Source: Candidatus Methanoplasma porotermitis (GTDB taxonomy: Archaea; Thermoplasmatota; Thermoplasmata; Methanomassiliicoccales; Methanomethylophilaceae). Taken from it: a stretch of 64,000 nucleotides of DNA. Below, piece by piece: positions 9,107 through 19,206 of the stretch. Both the position numbers and the translations under genes were made by a program. The notes beneath the pieces are model-generated. The model was given only the letters and a program-made list of their open reading frames with translations. It ran no database searches and was not told the DNA's origin. The DNA lies in the NCBI GenBank assembly GCA_031290095.1, contig JAITOF010000045.1, positions 5,538-69,537 of the forward strand, written 5' to 3'. The stretch's first letter is position 1. Each line of letters opens with the position of its first letter.

Positions 9107-10459
9107 ATGAATGTCATCATAGTAGGCGCAGGCAACGTGGGTTCTACGTCCGCAGACGCCCTCTCGAAGGCACACGACGTCCTCATTATCGAGAAGGACC
9201 CTGAGAAGGTCGACAACGCCCGCGCCTCCATCAACGCGTCCGTCCTGCACGACGACGGCAGCAACCCGAAAGTGCTGGAGGCCGCCATAGACCGCGTGGA
9301 CGCCGACGTGATGCTCTCTGCCGTTCCGGACGACAGCCTCAACCTGTTCATCTGCCTCATGGCCAAGCGCATAAAGCCCAGCATCATCACGGTGGCATGC
9401 CTGCGGGACCCGGACTACATCGTGAAGACCGCAGAGGAGGGAGAGGCAGGCATAGACATCCTCGTGTCGCCAGAGTTGATCACCGCCGGAAAGATAGAGA
9501 AGCTCGCGACTTTGGAGAACGCGGTGTCGTACGACGACGTCTCCAACCTGGGAGTGGCGCTTGCCACGTTCCGCATACGTCGCAACCACGGCCCTGTAGG
9601 GAAGGTCGTGATGGACCTTCCCCTTCCGGAAGACTGCGACATAATCGCCATCTACCGCGGCGACAGCGTCATATTGAACTGCGAGACGGCAGAGATACAT
9701 GCCGACGACCGCATATGCGTCCTTGGAAGCCACGCCTCCATCGAGCAGGTGAACAAGATCGTCGGCATCGACAAAGAGGCTAAGGAGTTCGTTATACTAG
9801 GTGCGAGCATCGTCGGGATAGAGGTTGCCAAGTCATTGCTCAAAAGCGGAAAGAAGAGGTTCATAAAAATCATCGAAAAGGACGAAAACCTATGCAGATA
9901 TGCGTCGAGAGAGCTGGACAACGCCATAATCGTCAACGCTGATTTCGTGGATCCTTCCGTCCTGCGCTCCGAGAACGTTCACAGGGCGGACGTCGTCATA
10001 AGCGCGTCTGCGATGGATGAAAGGAACCTCCTCGCATGCATGGCGGCGCTAAGGTTCGGAACGAAGAAGATAATATCCAAGTATTCAAAACGCGAGTACG
10101 AGGGGATTTTCAAATACACCGGCATCGAGTCCATCATCGGATACCACCGCGTGATATCCAACGAGGTCACTAAACATCTGGTCTTCGATGACCGTGCGAT
10201 ACTCAACACGGGCCATGAGGGCGAGTATTTCTTTGCCTCGGTCCTTGACAAGCATTCCATACTTGTCGGCAACCGGCTCGGGGACGTCAACATGCCCGAA
10301 GGCATGAGGATCGCCGCCGTCATGAGGGGAGGCGAGCCGATCTATCCGCACATGGACACCATGTTCATGCCTAACGACAAGGTGCTTGTGTTCACATACA
10401 TGGCCAACCCTGTGGAGATCACCAGGCTCTTGGGACAGAAGACTCCGCTGGGGTTATGA
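9107..10459 (+). CDS. trkA: Trk potassium uptake system NAD-binding subunit
   Basis: Two RCK/TrkA-N Rossmann repeats (IIVGAGNVGS and FVILGASIVGIEVA), each followed by a TrkA-C-like segment. It is adjacent to trkH. Confidence 0.85.
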   Translation: MNVIIVGAGNVGSTSADALSKAHDVLIIEKDPEKVDNARASINASVLHDDGSNPKVLEAAIDRVDADVMLSAVPDDSLNLFICLMAKRIKPSIITVACLRDPDYIVKTAEEGEAGIDILVSPELITAGKIEKLATLENAVSYDDVSNLGVALATFRIRRNHGPVGKVVMDLPLPEDCDIIAIYRGDSVILNCETAEIHADDRICVLGSHASIEQVNKIVGIDKEAKEFVILGASIVGIEVAKSLLKSGKKRFIKIIEKDENLCRYASRELDNAIIVNADFVDPSVLRSENVHRADVVISASAMDERNLLACMAALRFGTKKIISKYSKREYEGIFKYTGIESIIGYHRVISNEVTKHLVFDDRAILNTGHEGEYFFASVLDKHSILVGNRLGDVNMPEGMRIAAVMRGGEPIYPHMDTMFMPNDKVLVFTYMANPVEITRLLGQKTPLGL

Positions 10460-10462
10460 GCT

Positions 10463-11995
10463 ATGTTCGTCATACTGCGCATGCGCATAAAGAGCTTGGA
10501 ACGATGGGACAGCAACCTGCTGAAGATCCTTGGGCTGATCGAGCTCGTCTTTGCCGTGACATTCCTGGTTCCTGCAATCGTGGCGTTGCACTATCACGAG
10601 GATGCTCTGCCGTTCTTCATGCCGGTGCCGGCGTTGTTGGCCTGCGGCGCCTTCCAGTACCTTTTCTTCCGCCGTGTCGAATCGACGGTGCCCGCGACCG
10701 GAGTTATAATGATCATCGTAGGATGGCTCATCGCCTTCATAATCAGCTCTGCGCCGTTCTTCCTCAGCGGTTTTTCACTCGTCGATTCGTTCTTCGAGGG
10801 GGTCAGCTGCTTCACAACGACGGGAGCCTCCGTCGTCACCGACTTCGACACGACTCCTCGCAGCCTGCTCCTTTGGCGCTCTCTCCTCGAATGGGCAGGA
10901 GGCATAACCGTGGTGCTGATGTTCGTGTTCATAATCCCGATGATGGGGCTTGGCGGGCGGGCGTTCCTCAACAACGAGCTCTCCGGGTCGGGGAGCTACA
11001 ACTTTTCGATGCGCATGAAGAACGCCGCCAAGAACTTCATAATGATCTACGTGCTCCTCAGCGCCGTCGAGGCCGTGCTCCTCGTCGTATGCGGCTTGGG
11101 TCCGTTCGATGCCGCGTCCCTGACGTTATCCACAATATCCACCGGCGGCATGAGCGTCGACGGCGGAGGCATCGCGATGATGGCCTTTTCGGTGCAGCTG
11201 GTGGTGCTTGTGTTCATGTTCCTCGGAGGCACGAACTTCTACATCCACTTCCGCGCCCTTTACGGAAGAGACCCTGGCGCATACAAGAAGAACCAAGAGT
11301 TCGTATGGACGATCGTATGGTTCCTTCTGGCCGCCGCAGTGGTGTCTGTGCTGCTTATAAACTCCGTCGGCATCGCAGGGGAGGCGGCAGAGAAGGTCTG
11401 GACGACATTGTTCACGGTGGTGTCTTTGGGCACCACCACCGGTTTCGAGATTTCCGACCTGAGCGTTTGGCCGCCTGCGGCGCTGGTCATAGTCATAGTG
11501 CTGTGCATGGTCGGCTCCATGTCGGGGTCCACGTCCGGCGGCATAAAGGTCTATCGCGTCCTTATCGTGAAATCTTTCGTTACCAACGGCATATACAAGA
11601 TGCTTCACCCATACACGATGAAGGATGTGAAGATTGACGGACACTCCGTCGGAAACGAAGCGGTAACGTCCGCAGTGGTGGTGCTGTTCCTTTTCGTGTT
11701 CACGTGGGTGGCCGCCACGATTCTCATGCTTCTGCTAGAGCCGGGAATGTCGCTTTTTGACGCAGCGTCCTTCGCGTCCTCCGCCCTGAGCACTTCCGGC
11801 ACAGAATTGGCGGACACTCCGTTCAGCAACCTGTCGGACGTCGCCAAGGTCCTGCTGATGTTCGTCATGTGGGTCGGACGCGTCGAGATCGTCATGGCCC
11901 TTTGCCTGTTCACAAGGACGTTCTGGGAGGACGTGTCGTTAGGCCTCAGGAAGAACCCGCGTCACGGGAGCGGCCGCCTGCGCCGACGGAACTGA
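10463..11995 (+). CDS. trkH: Trk/Ktr-type potassium transporter membrane subunit
   Basis: Polytopic membrane protein with four pore-loop glycine motifs (FTTTGAS, STISTGGMS, GTTTGFE, STSGT). Confidence 0.85.
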   Translation: MFVILRMRIKSLERWDSNLLKILGLIELVFAVTFLVPAIVALHYHEDALPFFMPVPALLACGAFQYLFFRRVESTVPATGVIMIIVGWLIAFIISSAPFFLSGFSLVDSFFEGVSCFTTTGASVVTDFDTTPRSLLLWRSLLEWAGGITVVLMFVFIIPMMGLGGRAFLNNELSGSGSYNFSMRMKNAAKNFIMIYVLLSAVEAVLLVVCGLGPFDAASLTLSTISTGGMSVDGGGIAMMAFSVQLVVLVFMFLGGTNFYIHFRALYGRDPGAYKKNQEFVWTIVWFLLAAAVVSVLLINSVGIAGEAAEKVWTTLFTVVSLGTTTGFEISDLSVWPPAALVIVIVLCMVGSMSGSTSGGIKVYRVLIVKSFVTNGIYKMLHPYTMKDVKIDGHSVGNEAVTSAVVVLFLFVFTWVAATILMLLLEPGMSLFDAASFASSALSTSGTELADTPFSNLSDVAKVLLMFVMWVGRVEIVMALCLFTRTFWEDVSLGLRKNPRHGSGRLRRRN

Positions 11996-11997
11996 CG

Positions 11998-12843
11998 TCA
12001 CCGGGACGCCGATTCTCGGGCGATGCATGCCTTTATGATCCTGCATGCCGCCGGGTCTCCGGGGCTCTTCTCGTTTATGGCGCCGGCGACGATTTTGGCG
12101 TCTTTGTATCTTCCTTTCTCGATCATGCAGAATGCCAACGTCTCCATCGCGCCCCTGTGCCCGTTGTCGATCTTGACAGACTTCGCGGCATATGAGGCGG
12201 CCATGGCGGTCTTTCCCTGCACCCAAAGGACATAAGCCGCAAGGGCATTGTGGTCCGCTGACTCTTTGTCGGATTTCAGAAGCGCGTCCACATAGCTCTT
12301 CGCTGCTTTCACGCAATCGGCGGAAAGGAGCGCCGCGCAGTAGCATTTGCAGGCGTCGTATGTCGTCGGCTCGTCAGACAGGAGGCTCTTTGCACATTCT
12401 ACGGCCTCCTCATGCAGGCCCAGCGCAGAAAGGGCCTCTGTCCTTACGACGCGGTCTGACGCAGAAGGATCCGATATGAGGTCCAGAGCGTTCAAGGCCT
12501 CGCCATACCTTCCTGCGGACAGGAGGAGCGAGGCTTCGAGGCCCTTGACGCCCTCGACACCCGACGATCGGATGACGCTCAACGCCTCGGAAACATGACC
12601 CATCCCTCCTAGGCCAGCGGCGATGTCGGCCGCATGTTCGCCGACAGGGGCGCGCGTGATCTTCGAAACGGCGGCCGCTACGCCGACGGCGTACCCCGTC
12701 GTTGCGGACAACGATGCGCACGTAAGAAGGGTGAACGGGTCGTCGGAGCATGATATGAGCTCGGATATCATCGCAAACGCCTCTTCGGTCCTTCCCCCGA
12801 TTATGTTGGCCTTGATTCCTTTGAGGGCGGCGTCGTTTTCCAT
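11998..12843 (-). CDS. TPR/helical-repeat protein
   Basis: 281 aa of Ala/Leu-rich helical repeats (YGEALNALD, HEEAVECAKSLL, YKDAKIVAGAINEKSPGDP). Confidence 0.5.
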   Translation of the reverse strand: MENDAALKGIKANIIGGRTEEAFAMISELISCSDDPFTLLTCASLSATTGYAVGVAAAVSKITRAPVGEHAADIAAGLGGMGHVSEALSVIRSSGVEGVKGLEASLLLSAGRYGEALNALDLISDPSASDRVVRTEALSALGLHEEAVECAKSLLSDEPTTYDACKCYCAALLSADCVKAAKSYVDALLKSDKESADHNALAAYVLWVQGKTAMAASYAAKSVKIDNGHRGAMETLAFCMIEKGRYKDAKIVAGAINEKSPGDPAACRIIKACIARESASR

Positions 12844-12949
12844 CGTCCGCCCCCTATCCGGTCATAAGAAATAAAGATTGAGTGTGCTTAGCAATCTCGA
12901 GGCGAAGGACTCTCGCATGTTATTATACATTCAAAGAGATACGCGGGAC

Positions 12950-13993
12950 ATGAGGCTTGTTGCGTTCTCGGTGTATGGGCTGTTCAACGAATTCGACTAT
13001 GAAATCAACCTCACCGACGGTCCGATGACATTCATCCACTCTCAGAACGGATACGGCAAATCTACAGTCATGAGGCTTATCCACTGGGCGCTGTCCGGCG
13101 ACCGGGAGAAGATAGGAGAGGTGTTGTTCAGCCGCATGGATCTGACGTTCAGCGACGGCAGCTGCATGATTTTGGAGAACAGCAACGGCGAAGTCGTCGT
13201 TCAGATGCAAAAGAACGACCTGGAGGAGCAGGTAACTGACAACGAGATGAAGATCGTGATGCGCTCCATGTACATCTCCCCTGAGAGGTATGTCGTGCCG
13301 TCCGAGTCATGCGGGCACTACGACCCTGCGCTGTACGTGTACCACAAAGAGTTGGCTGAATCGATGAGGGACGCCGTGGAGGACGGCGACTTGCCCGCGG
13401 CAGACGTCAGGTCCGTCTCTTTGTTGTCGGACGAAGAGCTCGAGTTCAGATGCAAGGACCTGAAGGCGAAGCTCGACTTCATGAAGCAGGCAGGCATAGA
13501 GCCTGACATGCCGTCCGGCTACAGGTTTCCCCCCGCGAGGTACGAGATAATGGAATGGCGCAAGGATTACGATAGTCTTGCGGCGTCCGTCGAAAGCTAT
13601 GTCAATAAATATTTCACATTGGCCGAATCGCTCGTGGTGTATCTTGACATAATCAACGGCATGTTCATCAACAAAGAGATATACATCAACGACAAGAACG
13701 GTCTGAACGTCAGGATGACCAATGGCACAGCTTTGCCCATCAACAGGCTGTCTTCGGGAGAGGAGCAGCTGTTGATCATATTCTACCAGATCCTCTTTCA
13801 GACCGCGGCCGGCTCGCTTGTGATAATCGACGAGCCTGAGATCTCCCTTCACGTGTCGTGGCAACAGAGGATAGGCTCCATCCTCGTCGACATCGCCAGG
13901 CTCAGGGACCTTCAGATGCTGGTCGCTACGCACTCTCCCCAAATAATACACGACAGATGGGATGCGGCCGTGGAGCTCAAGGCTGGACAATGA
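12950..13993 (+). CDS. ABC/SMC-like AAA15/21-type ATPase, AriA-like (PARIS-type defence ATPase candidate)
   Basis: The N-terminus MRLVAFSVYGLFNEFDYEINL is followed by Walker A SQNGYGKST. A helical insertion spans roughly residues 100-260. Then come the ABC signature LSSGEEQLL, Walker B LVIIDEPEISLH and H-loop VATHSP. The stop overlaps the ATG of the next gene (ATGA). Confidence 0.7.
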   Translation: MRLVAFSVYGLFNEFDYEINLTDGPMTFIHSQNGYGKSTVMRLIHWALSGDREKIGEVLFSRMDLTFSDGSCMILENSNGEVVVQMQKNDLEEQVTDNEMKIVMRSMYISPERYVVPSESCGHYDPALYVYHKELAESMRDAVEDGDLPAADVRSVSLLSDEELEFRCKDLKAKLDFMKQAGIEPDMPSGYRFPPARYEIMEWRKDYDSLAASVESYVNKYFTLAESLVVYLDIINGMFINKEIYINDKNGLNVRMTNGTALPINRLSSGEEQLLIIFYQILFQTAAGSLVIIDEPEISLHVSWQQRIGSILVDIARLRDLQMLVATHSPQIIHDRWDAAVELKAGQ

Positions 13994-14847
13994 TAGACAA
14001 GCTGACTGCCGAAGACATAGCCAACAGCATATCCATGCTGAGATCGTCGCACAGCGGGCCCGTGATGATCGTGGAAGGCGTCACAGACTGCCGCCTGTAC
14101 GGGAAGTTCATCGACAGGAACGAGGTGGTTATCGTTCCCGCCCACTCCCGCGACAACGTCAGAAAGGCCCTTGCAGAGGCGTGGGGGCATAGGGGGGACC
14201 GCAGGGTCATAGGGATAGTCGATGCCGACCTCGACATCCTTTTCGGAAAGGCCAACCGCCCTCCGCTGTTCTCTACGGACAAACGCGACCTTGAGGCCAT
14301 GATGCTGTCCACGAGGGCGTTCGAGGATGTTCTTTCGGAATACGCCGACGGCGACAGGCTGGCGTCTTTTGAAAAACGGCATGGCGACGTCAGAGACGCG
14401 GTGTCAGGCGCCTGCGTGATGCTGGGCCTGATGATGTTCGTCTCCATCCGAGACAACATGGGACTCAGCTTCAAGGATATCGACCATTCTGCCTTCATAG
14501 ACGAGAGAAGCCTGAGGGCGGACGTCCGCAAGATGACGGACGAAGTCTTCGCCGGGTCGATGAACGCCAACAGAGGGAAGCGGGACGTCATCGACGCCGT
14601 CACGGCGGAAGCCGAGGCCATCGACGACCCTTGGACGGCGGTCCGTGGGCATGATGCGGTAGCGGTGCTTAAGATCGGGCTGCTGTCGGCGTTCGGCGCG
14701 TACAACTCCAAAGGTCTGGAGGAGGGAAGGCTGGCAGGATCGCTCAGGCTCGCGTTCGGCATGGGTTATTTCACTGAGACGCGTCTGTACGCGGACATAT
14801 TGGAATGGGGCAACAAGAACAATATGGTGTTCTGGATTAGTCGATGA
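13990..14847 (+). CDS. DUF4435/Toprim-like protein, AriB-like (PARIS-type effector candidate)
   Basis: Toprim-type acidic motifs VMIVEGVTDCRLYGKF (ExG..D) and VIGIVDADLD (DxD). It is translationally coupled to the upstream ATPase. The first 44 residues of the ORF-track version are an out-of-context extension. Confidence 0.7.
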   Translation: MIDKLTAEDIANSISMLRSSHSGPVMIVEGVTDCRLYGKFIDRNEVVIVPAHSRDNVRKALAEAWGHRGDRRVIGIVDADLDILFGKANRPPLFSTDKRDLEAMMLSTRAFEDVLSEYADGDRLASFEKRHGDVRDAVSGACVMLGLMMFVSIRDNMGLSFKDIDHSAFIDERSLRADVRKMTDEVFAGSMNANRGKRDVIDAVTAEAEAIDDPWTAVRGHDAVAVLKIGLLSAFGAYNSKGLEEGRLAGSLRLAFGMGYFTETRLYADILEWGNKNNMVFWISR

Positions 14848-15073
14848 CCAGATCCTCCTTCTTTGTGCCTTCCGACGTTTCGATGAGCTTCTGCACCCGG
14901 CGGTCCGCCTCGTCCAGTATCTTCTTGCAACGATCCCTCAGCACTGTCGCCCTCTCATAGACCTCAAGTCCTTTGTCAAGGTCCAGATTCCCGCTTTCCA
15001 GCTCCTTCACGAGCTGTTCAAGCGTTTTCAGGCTCTCCTCGAACGTCATGCTCTCCGTGTCTTCATTCGCCAT
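14837..15073 (-). CDS. xseB: exodeoxyribonuclease VII small subunit
   Basis: FEESLKTLEQLVKELESGNLDLDKGLEVYERA is the typical XseB helix-hairpin. It lies directly downstream of xseA and overlaps it. Confidence 0.75.
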   Translation of the reverse strand: MANEDTESMTFEESLKTLEQLVKELESGNLDLDKGLEVYERATVLRDRCKKILDEADRRVQKLIETSEGTKKEDLVID

Positions 15074-16331
15074 GTATCTCAACCTTCTTGATCTCTGCGT
15101 CGGCACGCCCGTCCCTCATCCGTATCGCTATTATCGATCCTGGCCCGAGCGACGCCGCCGAAGTCACCGCCCTTCCCTCGCCGTCCGCGACAAAACAGTA
15201 CCCCCTGTCGAGAACGTTCAACGGGTTCAATGCGTTCAAACGCTCCGAGAATCCTGTTATCGCCCTGTTTCTGTCGCCTATGAGGCGTGCGCCGCCGTGA
15301 TTTATGCCGTACGACGCCCTGATCAGCCTATCCGTCCTGCTCCTGGATATCTCCTTCAATCCGGAATCCATCCTGTTGGATAGGTCGTCGATACGCATGG
15401 AAAGCATGGATACTCTATCCTGGGCCCGCCTGGGGGCGATTTTGGAGTCCACAGAGGCATAGCGGCCCTTCATCCTGTCTACGATAGCCGACAGAGACCT
15501 TCTCATGCGCGCGGCATCGACGTCCAACTGTTTGTTTATCTCCTTTCTGTCGCGGAGCGCCATCTCCGCCGCCGCTGTCGGCGTGGGGGCCCTGGCATCG
15601 GCTACCATGTCCGATATCGTATTGTCGGTCTCATGTCCGACCGCTGATATTATCGGTATCTTGGATGCCGCGATCGCCCTCGCGACTATCTCCTCGTTGA
15701 ACGCCCATAGGTCCTCGATGGAGCCTCCGCCCCTTCCGATGATTATGACGTCCACGCCGTGCCGGTTAAGAGACTCGATGCCTGCTACGATCGACTCTGC
15801 GGCACCGTCCCCCTGCACCTGCGCCGGAACAAGAAGTATGTCCGCTGGAAACCTGCGCCCTGACGTGGTTATTATATCGTGTATCACCGCGCCCGTGGGA
15901 GACGTTACCACCCCTATGACGAGGGGGTATTGCGGAAGCGGCCTCTTGCAGGAGCTTTCGAACAGCCCCTCGGCCTTCAACTTCTTTTTAAGCTCTTCCA
16001 ACGCCAGATAAAGTTCTCCAACCCCCGATTTGCGCATGTTGGCAACGACGAACTGGTATGATCCGCGTTCCACGTACAGGTCGACGTTTCCGAATGCCGC
16101 TACCTTCATGCTGTCCATAGGTTCGAAGTCCATCCTTCCACGGGAATTTTTAAACAGGACGCCTCGAATCTCGCTGCCGTTGTCTTTGAGTGTGAAATAA
16201 TAGTGTCCCGAAGCGTACTTTTTCAGATTCGAGATCTCTCCAGTCACCCATAAGTCGCTGACCGCCGTGTTCCCGTTCAATATCGAGCGTACGCGGGTGT
16301 TCAGCTGTGTGACCGTGATCGTCTCTGCCAT
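15063..16331 (-). CDS. xseA: exodeoxyribonuclease VII large subunit
   Basis: N-terminal OB fold (VTQLNTRVRSIL...VTGEISNLKKYASGHYYFTLKD), catalytic core IIIGRGGGSIEDLWAFNEE...SAVGHETD and a coiled-coil tail. Confidence 0.85.
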   Translation of the reverse strand: MAETITVTQLNTRVRSILNGNTAVSDLWVTGEISNLKKYASGHYYFTLKDNGSEIRGVLFKNSRGRMDFEPMDSMKVAAFGNVDLYVERGSYQFVVANMRKSGVGELYLALEELKKKLKAEGLFESSCKRPLPQYPLVIGVVTSPTGAVIHDIITTSGRRFPADILLVPAQVQGDGAAESIVAGIESLNRHGVDVIIIGRGGGSIEDLWAFNEEIVARAIAASKIPIISAVGHETDNTISDMVADARAPTPTAAAEMALRDRKEINKQLDVDAARMRRSLSAIVDRMKGRYASVDSKIAPRRAQDRVSMLSMRIDDLSNRMDSGLKEISRSRTDRLIRASYGINHGGARLIGDRNRAITGFSERLNALNPLNVLDRGYCFVADGEGRAVTSAASLGPGSIIAIRMRDGRADAEIKKVEIHGE

Positions 16332-16370
16332 CGGAGGATGTATGCGCATGAAGGATTAATCTGTTTGCCG

Positions 16371-18602
16371 TCAGCCCCGAGCCTGTATCGTCACGCGACC
16401 GTCAATCTCTCTTGCGGGGATCTCGTACTTCTCCTTACTGACGATCGGGACCCTCCAGACGCCTCCCCCTATGCGGTACGTCACTGCCACGGACCTCCCT
16501 CCGCTGTCTATGGAGAACACGTACGCCCTGTGTTTATGCGCCTTTTTGGCACCGACTATGATTATCCCCTCGCCAATCGTCGTCTTCACGACGTCCAACG
16601 GCTTCCTTAAAACAAATCTGTATAGCGACGTTATAACTGCGGCCGCCGCCGCGCAAGCGATTGCGACTGCCAGCCAGACAAGACCGGGGCCTGATGCCTT
16701 CACGACGGTCACCGACACGCTGAATATCGTGAAAGCGCCGTCATCGCCCGTGACGGATACCGACGCCGTGTACGTTCCAGGGCTGAGGCCTCTGACAGGT
16801 GTGACAGTGAACGTGCATTCGTCGGCAGAGGAGGGCAAGTTCCTTTCCGACATCGGGCCGATGACGAACATCCCCGCATCGCGTCCGCCTATGGCGGCTC
16901 TGAGCCCATTTACCGCTCTGTCGCCCGCATTGCGTATGGTGACCTCGAGCGAGTCCTTGCTTTCGTAGCCTTCGACGAGGCTGTTGTATCTGTAAAGCTC
17001 CTCCCCGATGCTGTCGTCTATCAGCGCGCTTCTGTACGCGCTTACGAAGAACGAGACCCTGAAGGAGGATTCGGTCCCGTTTGTGCCTGTGACTGTGACG
17101 GTGGACTCGTATGTGCCGGGAGACAGGCCATCGGCCGGCCTTAGCGTGAACGACTGCTTTCCGCCCGGGCCGAACGACTGCCCCGACAGGGCGCCTGCCA
17201 CGAACCACGATGGGCCGTCTCCTGAAATGCTCACTTTGAGATGTGATATGGCATGGTTCCCCACATTGTAGACGACGACGTTCACGGCGGCCTGCTGGCC
17301 GTATTCGGCCATCGCCATAGGGAACACGTATGGGTCGCGCGGAACGTCGGCGATTATCTCGTATCTCTCTTCATAAGACAGCACATATTCGCCGGATGGC
17401 GTTGAGATGACCGCATATTCCAAGTCAGCAGTGTAACGCATGCATTTGGCCGTGTCTTCGTAGGAACTGCCGTCGATGGCCCTTGCGACTACAGCTCCGT
17501 CCAGAATGTCCGAAGTCACTGATGCGATGTTAATCTTCGCACCCGATTCGAGGCCGCCTGCGACGGCAATGACGGCCGACCTTCCAAGAGCAATGCCGTT
17601 GTCTGCGACAGAGATGCCGACCCTAGGGGCCCCGGATGCGTTCAGATATGCTCCCGACTCCACGTATATCCCGTCTCCATCGAAAGCGGAGATGTTGCAA
17701 CTTACGACGCATTCCCCGCTCAGGCTGAGAATGCTTCGGATTCCGACCAGTATTCCGCCCGCGATGCCGCTGGATTCGTTGTTCGAGACTTTGACGTTGC
17801 CGCTCATCCTCAGTTCCGAGGTGCCGTCGCCCGAAGTCAGGCGTATGCCTCCTGCGGTCTCGGCAATATTGTCCGTGACGAAGCTGTCTCCGGACATCTC
17901 GAAAAGAGAGTCTAAAACATAAACTCCTCCCCCCTCCGCCGCGCGGTTGCCGGAGACGCCGGCGCTGCCGCTCATTTGAAGGCTTCCTGACTCAACGTAC
18001 ACGCCGCCTCCGTTCCTGCCTGCTGCGTTGCCGCGTATCGATCCTGAAGTGAAATTTATCGACACGTCGCCTGTTGCGGCGACTGCGCCTCCGTCCAGGC
18101 CGGCCGTGTTGCCTTCGATGGTTCCACCGGTGATGCTCAGCGCAGAACACGCCGTCGAACCGTCCAGAAACACCGCCCCGCCCGAGCCGTCATGTGCGAG
18201 GACGTTGCCTGTAAGGATACTGTGCTCCCCGAGTATCAGCGTCCCTCCAAACACGACTACCATGCTTTGGACCGCTCCGCCCAGGACGGAGCCGTCGATA
18301 GTGACGCCGGCTAAAGACAGAGACGCCCCTTCAGAAACTATGAACATCGGCCCGACCATGCCAGGGCCCCTGACGATACGGTGCCCGTTTCCTTCGACGG
18401 ACGTGTCGGATGTTATATCGACTGTGCCATCAAGCGCCAGATCCTCGGAGAGGGAGACTTCGCCTTCAAAAAGCACAGCGGTCCCGCTGTCCGCCTCTGT
18501 GTTGCAAGACGCGGAGGCGACCAGCGTAACCATGACTGACACAGCCACGGCTGCCACGGTATAAAGCGTTCCGTATCCCTTTTTCAAGGGCATCCCATCC
18601 AT
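16371..18602 (-). CDS. adhesin-like surface protein: signal peptide, PMP-type beta-helix repeats, two Ig-like domains, C-terminal TM anchor plus cytoplasmic tail
   Basis: N-terminal hydrophobic leader. Repeated GGAV/GGGVY...GN motifs (DGGAVAATGDVS, NGGGVYVESGSLQMSG, EGGGVYVLDS) resemble polymorphic-membrane-protein repeats. Two related modules end in GLSPGTYxxxVxVTG. The TM segment LVWLAVAIACAAAAAVITSLY is followed by about 95 further residues. Confidence 0.7.
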   Translation of the reverse strand: MDGMPLKKGYGTLYTVAAVAVSVMVTLVASASCNTEADSGTAVLFEGEVSLSEDLALDGTVDITSDTSVEGNGHRIVRGPGMVGPMFIVSEGASLSLAGVTIDGSVLGGAVQSMVVVFGGTLILGEHSILTGNVLAHDGSGGAVFLDGSTACSALSITGGTIEGNTAGLDGGAVAATGDVSINFTSGSIRGNAAGRNGGGVYVESGSLQMSGSAGVSGNRAAEGGGVYVLDSLFEMSGDSFVTDNIAETAGGIRLTSGDGTSELRMSGNVKVSNNESSGIAGGILVGIRSILSLSGECVVSCNISAFDGDGIYVESGAYLNASGAPRVGISVADNGIALGRSAVIAVAGGLESGAKINIASVTSDILDGAVVARAIDGSSYEDTAKCMRYTADLEYAVISTPSGEYVLSYEERYEIIADVPRDPYVFPMAMAEYGQQAAVNVVVYNVGNHAISHLKVSISGDGPSWFVAGALSGQSFGPGGKQSFTLRPADGLSPGTYESTVTVTGTNGTESSFRVSFFVSAYRSALIDDSIGEELYRYNSLVEGYESKDSLEVTIRNAGDRAVNGLRAAIGGRDAGMFVIGPMSERNLPSSADECTFTVTPVRGLSPGTYTASVSVTGDDGAFTIFSVSVTVVKASGPGLVWLAVAIACAAAAAVITSLYRFVLRKPLDVVKTTIGEGIIIVGAKKAHKHRAYVFSIDSGGRSVAVTYRIGGGVWRVPIVSKEKYEIPAREIDGRVTIQARG

Positions 18603-19206
18603 GTCCTGTATGTCGACACAATCTTAAAAACTATTTGTTCACCTGTTCTGACGGCCCTAGCGCCCCGGTCCAAGAAGACGATGGAGCACGCCGAACTGCT
18701 AGACATGCGCCTCGCGTTCCTGCCGCCGTGCTCCTCTCGCCTGAACCATGGTATGAAGAGGCTCTTGTCCAAAACACGGGCATCGACCGCCATGTACTCC
18801 GTTCGGCGACGGGTTCCTCGCCGAGGCCGCCAAGGGTCCGTACTGCAGATATTGGACATGGATTTTTAATGGATAATTCATCAATTTAGTTAAGTAAATG
18901 ACTATAAAAACCATCTGTCTGTCCTGATCCATACTGTCCGCATGCCCTCGTACCACGCATCCTGCGTCCGTCGGCACCGATGCGCCTCGAGCGACGGCCT
19001 CCGATGGGAGCGGGGGAGGCGTGACGTACCACAGACGACGTTATTTCTACTGAATTTTAGGTAGATAAGCCATCATCAAATAACCTGGCGCGATTCATAA
19101 AATCCAACCGCATGCACAGATAGCGGCAGTGTTGCGCAGGAACGCGACGGCACGGCAAAATGTGCTGCGGGGGGCGACCGATCATGACAGCACATTTGAA
19201 AAAGGA

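Noticed and set aside
10456-11637. 393-aa ORF in an alternative frame over trkH (and similar long alternative-frame ORFs such as 5787..6566, 9074..9733, 13307..13990, 59954..60766 and 63122..63928)
   Set aside because: Each overlaps a gene with clear family motifs and shows extreme Arg/His/Pro/Gly content. These are artefacts of long stop-free frames in GC-rich coding DNA.
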